A DNA stretch of 63,882 bases, counting the filler, from Octopus bimaculoides (Eukaryota), in the NCBI RefSeq assembly GCF_001194135.2. It is 4 parts of 4 records of this genome, joined end to end, with 100 filler letters (N's around TTAATTAATTAA, not from the genome) between each part and the next. Parts side by side here need not be neighbours in the genome. Positions count along the whole stretch, not along the records: positions 28,345 to 51,592 come from NC_068983.1; positions 51,693 to 61,277 come from NC_068986.1; positions 61,378 to 63,882 come from NC_068987.1; 1 more part is not named here. One strand, given 5' to 3'. Below the pieces are notes generated by a model. That model was not told the origin of the DNA. It saw nothing but the letters and a program-made list of their open reading frames with translations, and searched no databases. This document shows, in pieces, positions 50,603 to 63,573 of the stretch (the stretch's first letter is position 1; each line of letters starts with the position of its first letter). Position numbers and translations under genes: made by a program.

Positions 50603-51277
50603 TATATGCATCATATAGTCATCTCTTTGTACACATTAGGAAGCAGTTGTTATTTTGAAATCTTAGCAAACTTTTAACTTCCTTTTCTATCTCTGTTATT
50701 ATTTTTTATTTTAATCTACATTAAAGTAACCTTATAATTATTTATACTCTACCTGACATATACTGTTTTGTATTAACATCCTTTCATGAACATACCCTAA
50801 ATTGCTTTCAGTCACTATTAGTAATTTACACATGTAACATATTACTTTGATGTCATTTTGACGAAGACGATGCTATTTCATATGCTTGAAAATTAACTAT
50901 TTTGAAAAAAAAAATTATAGATTTATAGATTGAAAATGTTGAATTTTAACTTTAATTTAAACTTCTGTGCTTTTACGAGTTTATGAAGCTCATTTTCGAA
51001 AGATTTAATAACCAAGAATTATCCCCTCTTAGTACCACACAACCATCACTAGGCGTTATCGTCTAGACTTAATGCATACGTATATATAATTTTTTTTCCA
51101 AATACACCGCCTGATGTTATTAATTCATTTTACTTAAAATATTCACTTCCCAAATAACGTTCTTTTCCATTTACCAATGCAGTGAGAATAATTTAATGCT
51201 ATTAACTATTTCACCGTGATTCAAGCTTGTCATTTTTTGCTATTAATTGAATTAATAATTGTAATCAATCATTAGTT

Positions 51278-51347
51278 TTAGGGTTAGAGTTAGGGTTAGG
51301 GTTTGGGTTCGGGTTTGGGTTAGATTTAGGGTTAGGGTTAGGGTTAG
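51278..51347 (+). repeat. Interstitial degenerate (TTAGGG)n
   Basis: About 11-12 hexamers, including TTAGGG, TTTGGG, TTCGGG and TTAGAG variants. Confidence 0.9.
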
Positions 51348-51692
51348 TGATATACGACAGAAATAATTATAAAACAATAGAGTAAATATGTTTAAGACGC
51401 ATGCAATTTTTATTTTTGTTTTCAGTTTACAGAGAAAGTAAATTATACAACATATAACTCAGTGGCTATTTGGTTCCAAAAGTTGAAAAATACTTCATGT
51501 CCAAATTGCTGACTCCACATGAATTGAATTTCAAGAAACAAATTGTGAAACGGTTTTCTTACAATTCGCAGACGATATTTTCGTGCCACTCGNNNNNNNN
51601 NNNNNNNNNNNNNNNNNNNNNNNNNNNNNNNNNNNNTTAATTAATTAANNNNNNNNNNNNNNNNNNNNNNNNNNNNNNNNNNNNNNNNNNNN

Positions 51693-51743
<51 letters not shown>

Positions 51744-52427
51744 GTATGTATATACTTCCCCAAAAATTGGTTGTGGATAGAACATTTGTGTCTCTGGGTT
51801 GGAGCACTAGTGCTTTTAGTTTTTACATGTTTCTTGTGTTTGCTACTGCCGTCTTTCATTTCTTGCCACCAGTTAGTCCTTTGTAGGGATGAAAATGGGT
51901 GTCAAACATTTACTAGTACCGCTAGTACCAAAACCAGTACCGAAACTATCTGTCACCTAAATATCTTGAGCGTCGTCTCCTATCCACGAGAGGTCTTCGG
52001 TTACACTTGTCTGATATAGGGAATATTGGACAGGTGATCCCAAGTGTCCAACCGTGGACTGAACTAAGTAAAATATGATTAGATTATAAATTAGGATATT
52101 ATTTAAACGCTAGGTGTATATTTCTTCATGATGATAACTTTAATTCTGCTCGTAGCTCTTATGTAGATTAATTAATCTTCAGAAATCCAAGATCGGATTA
52201 ATTTGCAATTATATTTCAAGCAGAAGGATATTCGTCAAGTAACCAACTTCGAATAATAGAAAAATACTACAACGATAATTACTGGATTTAATAATGAATA
52301 AAAATGTTTAAAATGACACAAAATTCACCACACTCGATATTGTAGAATTTTAACCACCCGTCTCTGTTCTTTCTTGCCAGTGGACTACAATTTGCTGAGA
52401 TGAATAACAATATAAATGATGATCTTT

Positions 52428-53180
52428 TCTATTATAGGCACCAGGTCTGAAATTTGTGGGAAGAGGGCTTGCCGATTACATCGACGCCAGTATTTAACTG
52501 ACTCTTATTTCATCGAACCCGAAATGATGACAGGCAAAGTCGAACTCAGAACGTAACGGCAGTCGAAATAACGCGAGGCATTTCGTTCAGCGTGCTAACG
52601 ATTCTGCCAGCTCGGAACCTTAGCTTTATAAAGGATAATGACAGACGTTATTGATATTGCTAGAAAATCTCAGCTTTTTGTTAATGCTTCACAAATTAAA
52701 CGATTTAATTCCAAGATTCTGATGTAACGACCTCAGGATAAGTAGGCGGCGATGTGGCAGAAACGTTAGCACGCCGGGCGAAATGCTTAGCAGTATTTCA
52801 TCTGTCTTTATGTTCAAATTCCGCCGAGGTCGACTCTGCCTTTCATCCTGTCGGGGTAGATAAATTAAATACCAGTTGCGTACTGGAGTCGATCTAATTG
52901 ACTGGCCCCTTCCCCCCAAATTTCTGGCCTTGTGCCTAGAGTAGAAAAGATTATCCCTTATAGTGTTACGGGGCCGAGCTGGCAGAATCGTTAGCACGCT
53001 GAGCGAAATGCTTAGCAGTGTTTCGCCCGTCGCTATGTTCTGAGTTCAAATTCCGCCGCGATCGACTTTACTTTCATCCTTTCGGAATCGATTAATTAAA
53101 TACCAGTTGCGTACTGGCGTCGATCTAATCGACTGGCTCCCTCCTCAAATATTTCGGGTCTTGTGCTTGGAATACAAAAT
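52428..53180. mobile_element. Three SINE B copies (one minus, two tandem plus)
   Basis: ~52428-52622 (-), ~52748-52955 (+), ~52972-53180 (+). Confidence 0.88.
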
Positions 53181-53498
53181 AATATAAGAATGGGGGTATA
53201 CCACAGTTCTGAGATTTAGGGGACTATATAACGTAGATCCACTACAGGCTTTGATTGTAGGGTTAGCTATATGCCAACTTGCCAACCGGCATACGTTTGA
53301 TACATTTAGATACTGTCTTACTAAACATTCAACAATTTTGATTTTAAAATTACCTAAATTACAAAATAACTATGGCATGCTAAATTTATGAGATGTTAAC
53401 CTCACTTTACCTACAAAATTACACAGAACTCTTTAGCTTATGCAACGAAAATTTGAAATTAATACAGGGTCCTACTGCCTGCAGATAGGCACCAGAAT

Positions 53499-53716
53499 TT
53501 TTTTTTCTACTCTAGGCACAAGGCCTGAAATTTTGGGGAAGGGAACCAGTCGATTAGATCGACCCCAGTTCGTAACTGGTACTTAATTTATCGACCCCGA
53601 AAGGATGAAAGGCAAAGTCGACCTCGGCGGAATTTAAACTCAGAACGTAAAGACGGACGAAATACCGCTAAGCATTCCGCCCGGCGTACTAACGTTTCTG
53701 CCAGCTCGCCGCCTTT
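53499..53716 (-). mobile_element. Young SINE B with perfect 13-bp TSD and A-rich tail
   Basis: TAGGCACCAGAAT at 53486-53498 and 53717-53729. Confidence 0.95.
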
Positions 53717-53819
53717 TAGGCACCAGAATAGCTAGTAACGTTAAGACACGAATATATACTGGCCACGCTAATTACCTTAACTCTAATCTATGGTGAAATG
53801 CTGCAATAACAAGTAGTTC

Positions 53820-54490
53820 AAAGCTTATTATTTTGTTAAACGTGAAGTCCTATACTACTAAGAACCTCCGTTTAATCTGTGCCAAACTGTTACTTAAGGT
53901 TAAACCTCACGAATATGACATTATTTTTGTTACTTTTTGGTGAGAAAAACTTCAATCAAGACCAAAACCCTAATTAAAGAAATGACAGATATGTGTAGAA
54001 ACTTTTGATGTTCCAAGACTGATGCACAATAAGTTTCCATCTGTGATAATTTTAACGGTGGTGAGTAACGAATGTCATATGTCACTCACATCTTTCAAAA
54101 CGATCTTAGTGTTAAGGTTGCTGGATAGCTTGAGGTTCTGAAGACAATTTTTAAGCTGTTGATAGATGAAGTACTCAGTAGAAGTCCGTATATATTTCAC
54201 CAAATCTCAACACTTTCGCACAAAGCCCATTTAACGCAAGATTGGATGTAAGAAAATGTTTACAATCATGCAAGACGAAACTGGTGGCCTTCAAATCTCC
54301 GGATTTAAATTCCATGAACTACATGGACTACTATCGACTACTATGATTGGAACATTGAAAGGGAGACGTTCTCACAATCATATAGCTTTATTGAAAGGCG
54401 CCATTATCCATTATCTGAATTCAATAAGGAACATTTAGTGCAGGCCTGTCAACGATTCCACTCTCACACTAAAATTGAATGCAGGTTCAT
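53820..54490 (+). pseudogene. maT/DD37D-type Tc1-mariner transposase fossil
   Basis: FFGEKNFNQDQ..RND..MHNKFPSV..VVSNE..YIFHQ..SHKAHLTQDW..NWWPS, frameshift, SPDLN..KEHLVQACQRF; many stops and frameshifts. Confidence 0.8.
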
Positions 54491-54682
54491 GTGATAATCT
54501 TAATGATCTTATAAAAAAGCTTATCGAGAAAAAGAGTGAATTGTTTGCTAAAATACATTTCGCTTTTGCTGTATCATGAAATTATGGCATAGGCTCTCAA
54601 TACCTCTCGCACTCTGTGTGTGTGAGTGCGAGTGGATATAGATTTCAGTGAACTGCGGATCCAAGTATTATTAACAACCCAT

Positions 54683-54718
<36 letters not shown>

Positions 54719-55741
54719 NNNNNNNNNNNNNNNNNNNNNNNNNNNNNNNNNNNNNNNNNNNNNNNNNNNNNNNNNNNNNNNNNNNNNNNNNNNNNNNNNN
54801 NNNNNNNNNNNNNNNNNNNNNNNNNNNNNNNNNNNNNNNNNNNNNNNNNNNNNNNNNNNNNNNNNNNNNNNNNNNNNNNNNNNNNNNNNNNNNNNNNNNN
54901 NNNNNNNNNNNNNNNNNNNNNNNNNNNNNNNNNNNNNNNNNNNNNNNNNNNNNNNNNNNNNNNNNNNNNNNNNNNNNNNNNNNNNNNNNNNNNNNNNNNN
55001 NNNNNNNNNNNNNNNNNNNNNNNNNNNNNNNNNNNNNNNNNNNNNNNNNNNNNNNNNNNNNNNNNNNNNNNNNNNNNNNNNNNNNNNNNNNNNNNNNNNN
55101 NNNNNNNNNNNNNNNNNNNNNNNNNNNNNNNNNNNNNNNNNNNNNNNNNNNNNNNNNNNNNNNNNNNNNNNNNNNNNNNNNNNNNNNNNNNNNNNNNNNN
55201 NNNNNNNNNNNNNNNNNNNNNNNNNNNNNNNNNNNNNNNNNNNNNNNNNNNNNNNNNNNNNNNNNNNNNNNNNNNNNNNNNNNNNNNNNNNNNNNNNNNN
55301 NNNNNNNNNNNNNNNNNNNNNNNNNNNNNNNNNNNNNNNNNNNNNNNNNNNNNNNNNNNNNNNNNNNNNNNNNNNNNNNNNNNNNNNNNNNNNNNNNNNN
55401 NNNNNNNNNNNNNNNNNNNNNNNNNNNNNNNNNNNNNNNNNNNNNNNNNNNNNNNNNNNNNNNNNNNNNNNNNNNNNNNNNNNNNNNNNNNNNNNNNNNN
55501 NNNNNNNNNNNNNNNNNNNNNNNNNNNNNNNNNTTGTTTTCTCTGTATTCTTTCTGTTGAAGAGCGTAGCTCGAAACGTTAAAGACTTTCTGTATTCCCG
55601 AGCGTCAAACTAATACATCCTTTTGTTGTCTACATCACCTGTCCTCGTCTGTTGTTCTTTTTTTCGTACATTCTCCCATATATACACACACGCACACACA
55701 CATGCATATATATATATATATATTTTGATGGGCCGCCCTCA

Positions 55742-55882
55742 CCTTCCGTCTACCAGAACCACTCATAAGGCTTTAGTCGGCCCGAAGCTATAGTAGAAGA
55801 CACTTGCCCAAGGTGCCACGCAGTGGAACCGAACCTGGAACCATGTGGTTGGGAAGCAAGTTTGTCACCACAGAGCCACGCC

Positions 55883-55883
<1 letters not shown>
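55742..55883 (-). mobile_element. SINE family A head
   Basis: Near-consensus reverse complement. Confidence 0.88.
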
Positions 55884-55918
<35 letters not shown>

Positions 55919-56587
55919 TGTATGTATGTATGTATGTATATGTATGTGTGCGTGTGTGTATATGCATATATATATATATACACACATATATGCACATATA
56001 TATAGAGAGGGAGAGGAAGAGAAAGTGAGTGAGAAAGAAAGAGAGAAATATACGTCTTCACACATACGTACTCACAAATATATGTACTCGGACATGCACA
56101 CGTCTACGTTCTTGTATGTGTCTGTATGTGTGTGCATTGATATTCAAATACGGTAACCGTAGGCTTGACGCTAACATTTTCGAGGAATTAGTGTAACCCA
56201 CCCTACCGTCGTTGTGGCACGTTTTTTTTCTTTTAAAAAAGAATATTGGTCGGCAGAATTTGGATTTGAAGTCAGAGCTAATGAGATATTTTCTGCCCGA
56301 TCCTTCTGCATGATAAAACAACAGTTAGAAGTCTCCCCAACTGACTTTGTGCATGAAAAATATAGAGTTAAGAATGGGCTAATGTGTTTAATGTATTGAA
56401 CCAAAATGATTTATGAACTGTAATTACAAGGGTAATGGGGCAAGAAAACTCGCGTTAATGACATTACACATCAAGAATTCAAGGGTGAGAACTCTGATAT
56501 TTGAATTCATTAAAAATTAAATGCTGGAATACACTGGAAGACGGGTGTGATGTGTAATTGTGACAATTCTGGACATGTTTTGGTCAT

Positions 56588-56818
56588 AGGCGCGAGCTGG
56601 CAGAAACGTTAGCACGCCGGGCGAAATGCTTAGCGCTATTTCGTCTGCCGCTACGTTCTAAGTTCAAATTCCGCCGATGTCGACTTTGCCTTTCATCCTT
56701 TCGGGGTCGATTGAATAAGTACCAGTTACACCCTGGAGTCGATATAAACGACTTAATCCATTTATCTGTCTTTGTTTGTCCTCTCTGTGGCCCCTTGTGG
56801 GCAGAAAAGAAATAAGAA
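56588..56818 (+). mobile_element. SINE family B, full length
   Basis: Near consensus; same tail type as 12710-12942. Confidence 0.92.
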
Positions 56819-57944
56819 ACATTTACTTAAATACCGCCTAACGTGTAATTATCATATCATAACATGCCGTGTCTTTGAGATAATATTGTTAAGTGTGAAA
56901 ATTAATTGCTGGTGAGATAATTTAAACTAATGACGTTGGAAAATTTTCCAGAGTTGTCTTCTGTGTGAGTAGTATTTAGTGATGTGATATAAAATAGCGT
57001 GTAAAAAGGGATTTTGCTTCAACGGTTTTTAAACGAAGGAAGCGTACGTTTCATAATATAGTCACAGGTGCGCTAAGTCTCGAAAACAGACGTGGGCGAT
57101 CACAGATGAAAACTTTGATCATAAGATTGTTTTTCGATTTTCACCTGGTTTTAAACATGAACAAATTAACGCACAACTGTACACAATAATATTGGTTGTA
57201 TGGCATATTTAGAAAAGTAGCTGAACAAAGGCATCATCCCAAATTATCTTTCTTTGTGATATGATTTGTTGTTAATCAAACATGCAATGATATCCATAGA
57301 ATGGATTAGCTTGAGTTAAATACTAAATAGCCCCGTTGTCGAGCGCATCTACATGAAGTAGCCAGAGTAGATATAAACGTGTAACTGACACGTGAGCTCA
57401 CATTATAACTGTTGTACAAATAAATAGAGTTTTGAGAGTTTTGTATTGTTGAGTTTCATTGGAAGAGCTCCTCTGTGTTAAGTACTTTGCGTTGAATTTG
57501 GTTACATCAAAATTGTCCCAATACAATACATATATGGACTTTCGGCGAGTCTGTTAGCTTACTAAGTCTCTAATGATGGCAATATTTTCATACGGTGCAT
57601 CTTTAGCCCTTCTGTTGTGGTGGTGAACTTCCGGTTCGCTTCGGCGAATAAGAGTTCAGCAAGGTTCTGCTTTATAGTGTTTTTGTTTGATGGTTTTAAT
57701 GCTGGTGTTTGAATTTGCTAAACGATCTGCACGATAAATAATAATATAGTGGACATGGCTTGTACAAGGCCAATCCAATTCCCTCGGCCTTCAAACTTAT
57801 ATTAATTGGTCTGGCGCAAAAAGTGTCCCGAGTCAAATAATTATTAGGATGTGGGATTTGTATGACCTAGGTATGTTAGAGTGTCTGTGAGTAACTTTTT
57901 TCTTGAGGCAACTCCTAAATGCTAATTAACCCATAGCTAGAAAT

Positions 57945-57989
57945 CTGACGGGTGCTAATACTCCGGGTCAGAGTATTAGCACCCGTCAG
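57945..57989. repeat. Perfect 19-bp hairpin with 7-nt loop
   Basis: CTGACGGGTGCTAATACTC-CGGGTCA-GAGTATTAGCACCCGTCAG. Confidence 0.95.
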
Positions 57990-58314
57990 GGAATAATAGT
58001 CGGCAAGAGATGGTTCTTCAGAATCTTGGAACTCACAAACCGGGTCCCCACTACCGGACAGATGCTATTTCAATTTATACACAGGATATCCGTTTGTAGT
58101 AAAGCTACACTTACACAAGTTTTAGTACTTGCTATTTTCACTGTTACCACTTGATGGAGCGGCGCGGTGTATCCATTTTATAGACATTCCAAAACAAGAA
58201 ATATTTAAAATCGCTACCAATTCTAAATATATCAGACTTGTTAAAGATTTTTGAAACAGAAAATGAAGATTGTGTACTATATGCAGATCCATTAATATGA
58301 CTGATGTTTTACCT

Positions 58315-58668
58315 TTTATCTTGTTGTGATCATGCTGGAGCACCCTTGGAAGGAATTATATCTAGAGTATCAACCACCCGTATCTTTTTAAGTCTGGTAC
58401 TTATTCTATAGTTTTCTTCTATAGAACCGCTAATTTATTGAGACGTAAGCAAACAAACACAGGTTATCGGGCGATGCAAGAGGCAAACGCAAACACACAC
58501 ACACACATGTATAACGACAGGCTTCCACACAGTTTCCGTCTAGCAGATACATTCACAATGTTTTGGTTGACTCAGAGCTATAATAGAAGACACTTGCCTG
58601 ACCTGCCGCGCAGTGGGATAAAAACCGAAACCGCATAGCTGCAAAGCAAGGTTCTAAGCCAACACCGC
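58315..58668 (-). mobile_element. SINE family A, degenerate full length
   Basis: Tail, (CA)n and head all present in reverse complement. Confidence 0.75.
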
Positions 58669-59430
58669 CTAAATTAAAAAGATATCGTGTGTGGACAACT
58701 GTTAGGAAATTTACAATTTTCCTACTCAGATTATAAATGTACTCATTGATCAAATTCATTCATTTCTCTCTGTTTTGTCGCTAACCAGGCACATGAATAC
58801 ACAGATCCATTCACACGCATGCATATAAAGATAGATTCGTAGATATACAGTAGAAAACACATGCATACAAAGAGAGCAAAAGTGTTGATGCTGTCAAAAC
58901 ACCAACAAAAGTGAACGGCGGTTACTGTGCTGTAATAGACACACCCAAACAAACATTCAATATTACATACAAATACACAATCTTATCAATTGATAACAGA
59001 ACAGTTCAAATATATAGATGAATGAATGAAATTACGTGGGGGTTTAGTGTAAATATCTTGTCCAAAATTAGCACAAAGACGACTATTGAATGTAATAGTT
59101 ATATAATATAAAATCACCGTCCTTTTGATTATTTTTCATATTTTTATCAATATACATCGCTGGTCTTTGATATACCACCACAAAACTAAACAAAGATTAT
59201 TTTGAGAAACTGCCAAATAATAAGATATTATTTAGCAATAACCCTTATGAATAATATCACAATATAGTAAAAATATGTAGAACAGTTCTGAAACGCCACA
59301 CGTGGTTTTGCGTATTTAGGTATTTAGAATTCTGTAATATCAAACGTCCTACAAATAATTTTTTTAATTTGAAGAGACTAAAGAATATATGTAAACCTAC
59401 GTAGTAGACATACACACATATCCCTCTGAA

Positions 59431-59477
59431 CCACCTTAATCAGTTTTCGACCCTTATCAGTGTCTCATCAGTGGTGT
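59431..59477 (-). ncRNA. Minimal type I hammerhead ribozyme fold
   Basis: Minus strand CACCA-CTGATGA-GACACTGATAAGGGTC-GAAA-ACTGATTA-AGGTG: complete core, stem II GAC/GTC plus CT/AG, short stem III, stem I with an A.A mismatch next to the core. Confidence 0.55.
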
Positions 59478-60169
59478 CTACATCACATGATCAATCTTAG
59501 AGGAATACGTAGGCACTCCGTTTGTATGCACATCAAATGTAGTAGTTCCAGAGAACGGTAGCCATTAATCTGCACACCATGAGTGTTTAACACTTTACTT
59601 AATATCAGAAGCTAGTGAACAGAGAAGACAGTCCACAAGGTATCAAGCAATGATATATGTGAACCTATATAATAAACGTATAAACATGTCAAGTGTAATT
59701 GTTAGTATAATGCCTGTTTTGATAATGATATTTTGCATATATATATATATATATAAAATCAAAATAAGCAACATGATATCAAGTAGTGATGCAGTACGAC
59801 TATTTCAAGTGACTCCATTCAATTGAACAATGCAATCATTGCATCAATTTAAATGCAGTGCCATCTTCGACTGCACAAATAAATAAATAGAATTTTAACA
59901 AGTAAAACGCATTAATATAATTTTTCTCAAATATTTAAACGGAGCAAGCAGATGGAAGAAATTCATTTTGTCGCTCTTGTAGCGAAATATAGACTACACT
60001 TCAAGAATCGCATGAAGCCTATTGAAGTCATAGTGTTGTAAGGGATTGTAATTCGTTTCTAATTCATTTATCTCTTTATCAACTACTAAATCTAAGACTG
60101 GAAGACTGTGTCTATTTTGAATAAAGGACAAGAGTCAGTTGACAGCTCATGGTTAGGTATGGTCATAAA

Positions 60170-60850
60170 TAATATCATATGTATCCCTTTTCCTCAGGGA
60201 GGAAAAAAGACATAAGGAGTAGTACGTTTTCTTTCCCTTAGTGTTTTAATGCTTATTTCCTTGGCACGTTTAATTCCATCGTCCATAAGCGAGGGTGAAT
60301 ATTGTCTTTCAGTTAGAGCTGTTCTGATGTCTTGAAGACGGAGGTCCAGAACATTACCATTAAACATTATTGTAGAAATCTATTTTACTAAAGTAAAGGT
60401 GATATTTGTTTTGATGTGTTTCAGGTGGCATGAGCAAAACGAGACATTGCTTCGAGTCTGTTGGTTTCTGATCAGATGAAAATTTCTGTTACAATTTGGT
60501 CGTTGACTTCTTTTTATTATAATATCTAAGACAAGGAGCTGTTCTTTTCTATATTGCATTGTAAATTGAATGTTAGTGTTTAAATTATATAGCAGTAATT
60601 TAAATTCGAAAAGTTTATCAATGCTCTCCTTCCGAATGATACGGCAGTGATCTAGATATCTTTCCCAGTTCTCTCTATATAATGGAGAAATAAATATCCA
60701 TGTTCGTGCAGTGACAATTCATATATCGTGAATTCAAAACATCCCAATATTAGGTTCGCAAGAATAGGGGCAGCTTTCGTTTCTTTCGCAATTCCGCATT
60801 TTGTTGACGATAGTAGATGTCACCAGATAGGAAATAATTACCCTGAAGTA
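60170..60850 (-). pseudogene. Penelope-like reverse transcriptase remnant
   Basis: LQGNYF..IYYRQ..GIAKETKAAPILANL..RYLDH..NIQFTM..QLLVLDI..KPTDSKQCL..CHLKHIKTNI..DDGIKRAK: PLE RT motifs with degraded catalytic residues. Confidence 0.88.
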
Positions 60851-60902
60851 CAAATGTTAAAATGTCAATGATAAAAACCTAGTTTATCTGTTCTATCTGA
60901 TT

Positions 60903-60935
<33 letters not shown>

Positions 60936-61240
60936 CGCTCATATATTAACTGTACATGCCCTATGCACCCTCTCTCCCCTCACTAGNNNNNNNNNNCCTC
61001 TCTCCCCTCACTAGCAGTCTGTGTAATAATACATGCATACATACATACATACATACATACATACATACATACATACATGCATGCATATATATGTATTTAT
61101 ATATATACATATATATATGTATACATATACATATATATATTTATATATATATAGGTATATATAAATATATAGTTGTATCTAACTCTCTATCAATACATCA
61201 ATTTACTTCTCATCCTCTCTGTATGTATGTATGTATGTAT

Positions 61241-61277
<37 letters not shown>

Positions 61278-63573
61278 NNNNNNNNNNNNNNNNNNNNNNN
61301 NNNNNNNNNNNNNNNNNNNNNTTAATTAATTAANNNNNNNNNNNNNNNNNNNNNNNNNNNNNNNNNNNNNNNNNNNNATACATACATACATACATACATA
61401 CATACATACATAATATAAATAGTATATTTATACATATCTTTATATATAGATATGTATGTATATACTTTATCTATATGAGATAAAATTATGTTTTGTTAGA
61501 GATATAATGAACTTATATTACACAGCAGCCCACACACACGCATACACGCACGCATGAAGGAATTTTTCATACAATTTCACGCCATCAAAAATAACATGAA
61601 GCAATTGCATGATAGTCATTATCAAAAACGTTATAAAGCGGATTCTAAATAACGTAACTAATTATTATTCTCTATCAGTAATATAATCAATAAATGCTGT
61701 TCAGTAATTAACCATCGTACATAGATCTCTGAAGTTTTGACATTAATATATGTTCGACTATAAAAGATGGCAATTAAATGTTAAATTCGAAGAATTTGTT
61801 GTTATTAGGAGACATGAATCGAAATAGTGTATATAGATGAAACAGTTGAATGTATCTCACGTAAAAAAAATATATTGAATCTAATTAAGAATTATATTGG
61901 TGAAATTTATATAGGAAACATAATCACATGGAAAATGAAATCTTATTTCAATTGTTACTAACATTATTTTATTCAGAATAATAATGCATTTTAACTCGAG
62001 CGAATTACTACGTGCACATATATTCCGACACCTAGTGGTGAGAATGCAAACAACATGAAACTACATAAGAACGTATACGCCTCAGTAGCATTTGTTTACT
62101 CCACAGAAGCGATTTTTTTTTATCGATATCGCTGCTGTTCGTTAGTTGTTTCTAAGAATGCTCCTTTGGATATGTGCAAGTTTGTATTGAGAGTACATAT
62201 TCAGTTTTTTTCGTTTTTCTCAATATTTATGAGATAGGTGGTTAAAGCCAAACGTATATTTACAACAGTGAACCCTTGATAACCCTATTCTTGTTGCGGA
62301 AACACAATGACATAACAACATTTATAATCCACATACATTGCCGAAAACTCAAAGATTCGTTCATATTCCTGAGCATCTCTCTCTATGACAGACAAATAAC
62401 TTGTTATAAATCCGTATTGTTCTTGTTTGATAAAGGTATGATAAAGTTACTGCTGTTGCGGCGGAAAGCGATGTTTAATGTTCTGTGTGATTAGTTAGCT
62501 TGTACTTTGGTGGTAATATTATCTTTGAGTATACAAAAAATCAAGAATAAATATGATTACATTACTCTTTGAAAAAAGCGTTTATCTGCTGGTTGATCAG
62601 GAGTTATCAGTCTCTAGTAATTTTTTGTTCACTAAGTTTTATTTGATCTAGAAAGATTAAGTTAAGTAATTAAATGTTTTATTATCTGGCACGTTTCATC
62701 ACTATCTACATTTATTAAGTCATAGTTTTCCAATCCAAACATGTGGACATTTTCAAACAGGGTTATACCCAACCACCTCTCACGAACGTACACTCATAGA
62801 TTTTTCACTTATAAAGCTCCAACGAGTAGAATTAACGATAGGTCAAAGGAATATTTTCCTGCTGTCTAGAGTGATATATGTGATAAGGTAGCAAATTTGG
62901 AATTCATCCAAATTCGAATCAATTTCGAATCATATCACACACATACTGTTCAATACGCATACAGTCATTTACACAAATAAATAAATAAATGTAAAATAAC
63001 TATGCATATCAGTATAACTATACACATTATATAGAAGGCGTGCGTGTTCTTGTATGGGGTGTTTGTGTTCGTATTAACGAACGTGTTTTTCTATGTGGCG
63101 GTTTATACGAATGCATGCACATTCTCATCTACGTGTCTCGCAAAAGTGAACTGAATCATACAGAAAACGAAACGTGTTCGAATTAGGACAGAGAAAACAT
63201 CGAATAAACATATTGATTTATTGAAGGAACGTTCAGTATACACGAACGAATAGACAACAACAAATATGCACACATCACCACATATACACATGTATGACAT
63301 ATGACATTAGAACTGATAATGTCATATAAAACTTTCTAAGACTTACCTTTGATCACTGTCTATATCATGAATATAGGAATCGATAATGGACAAATCGTTA
63401 ACGGGATGTAGATTTGCTAGATACATACACACCCATATACATCCACAAGTGTGATCACACATACACACACTTAAGCACGCACGTATATATACATGTATAA
63501 ATATACATAGGCACAAATATATATATATACATACAATCATATAAACTTTACATACATATTCATATATGTTTGT

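Noticed and set aside
57560-57640. CCGGAAGT motif plus ATG and GTAAGC donor on the minus strand (possible first exon)
   Set aside because: No independent support for a promoter; the surrounding frames look like decayed TE sequence.
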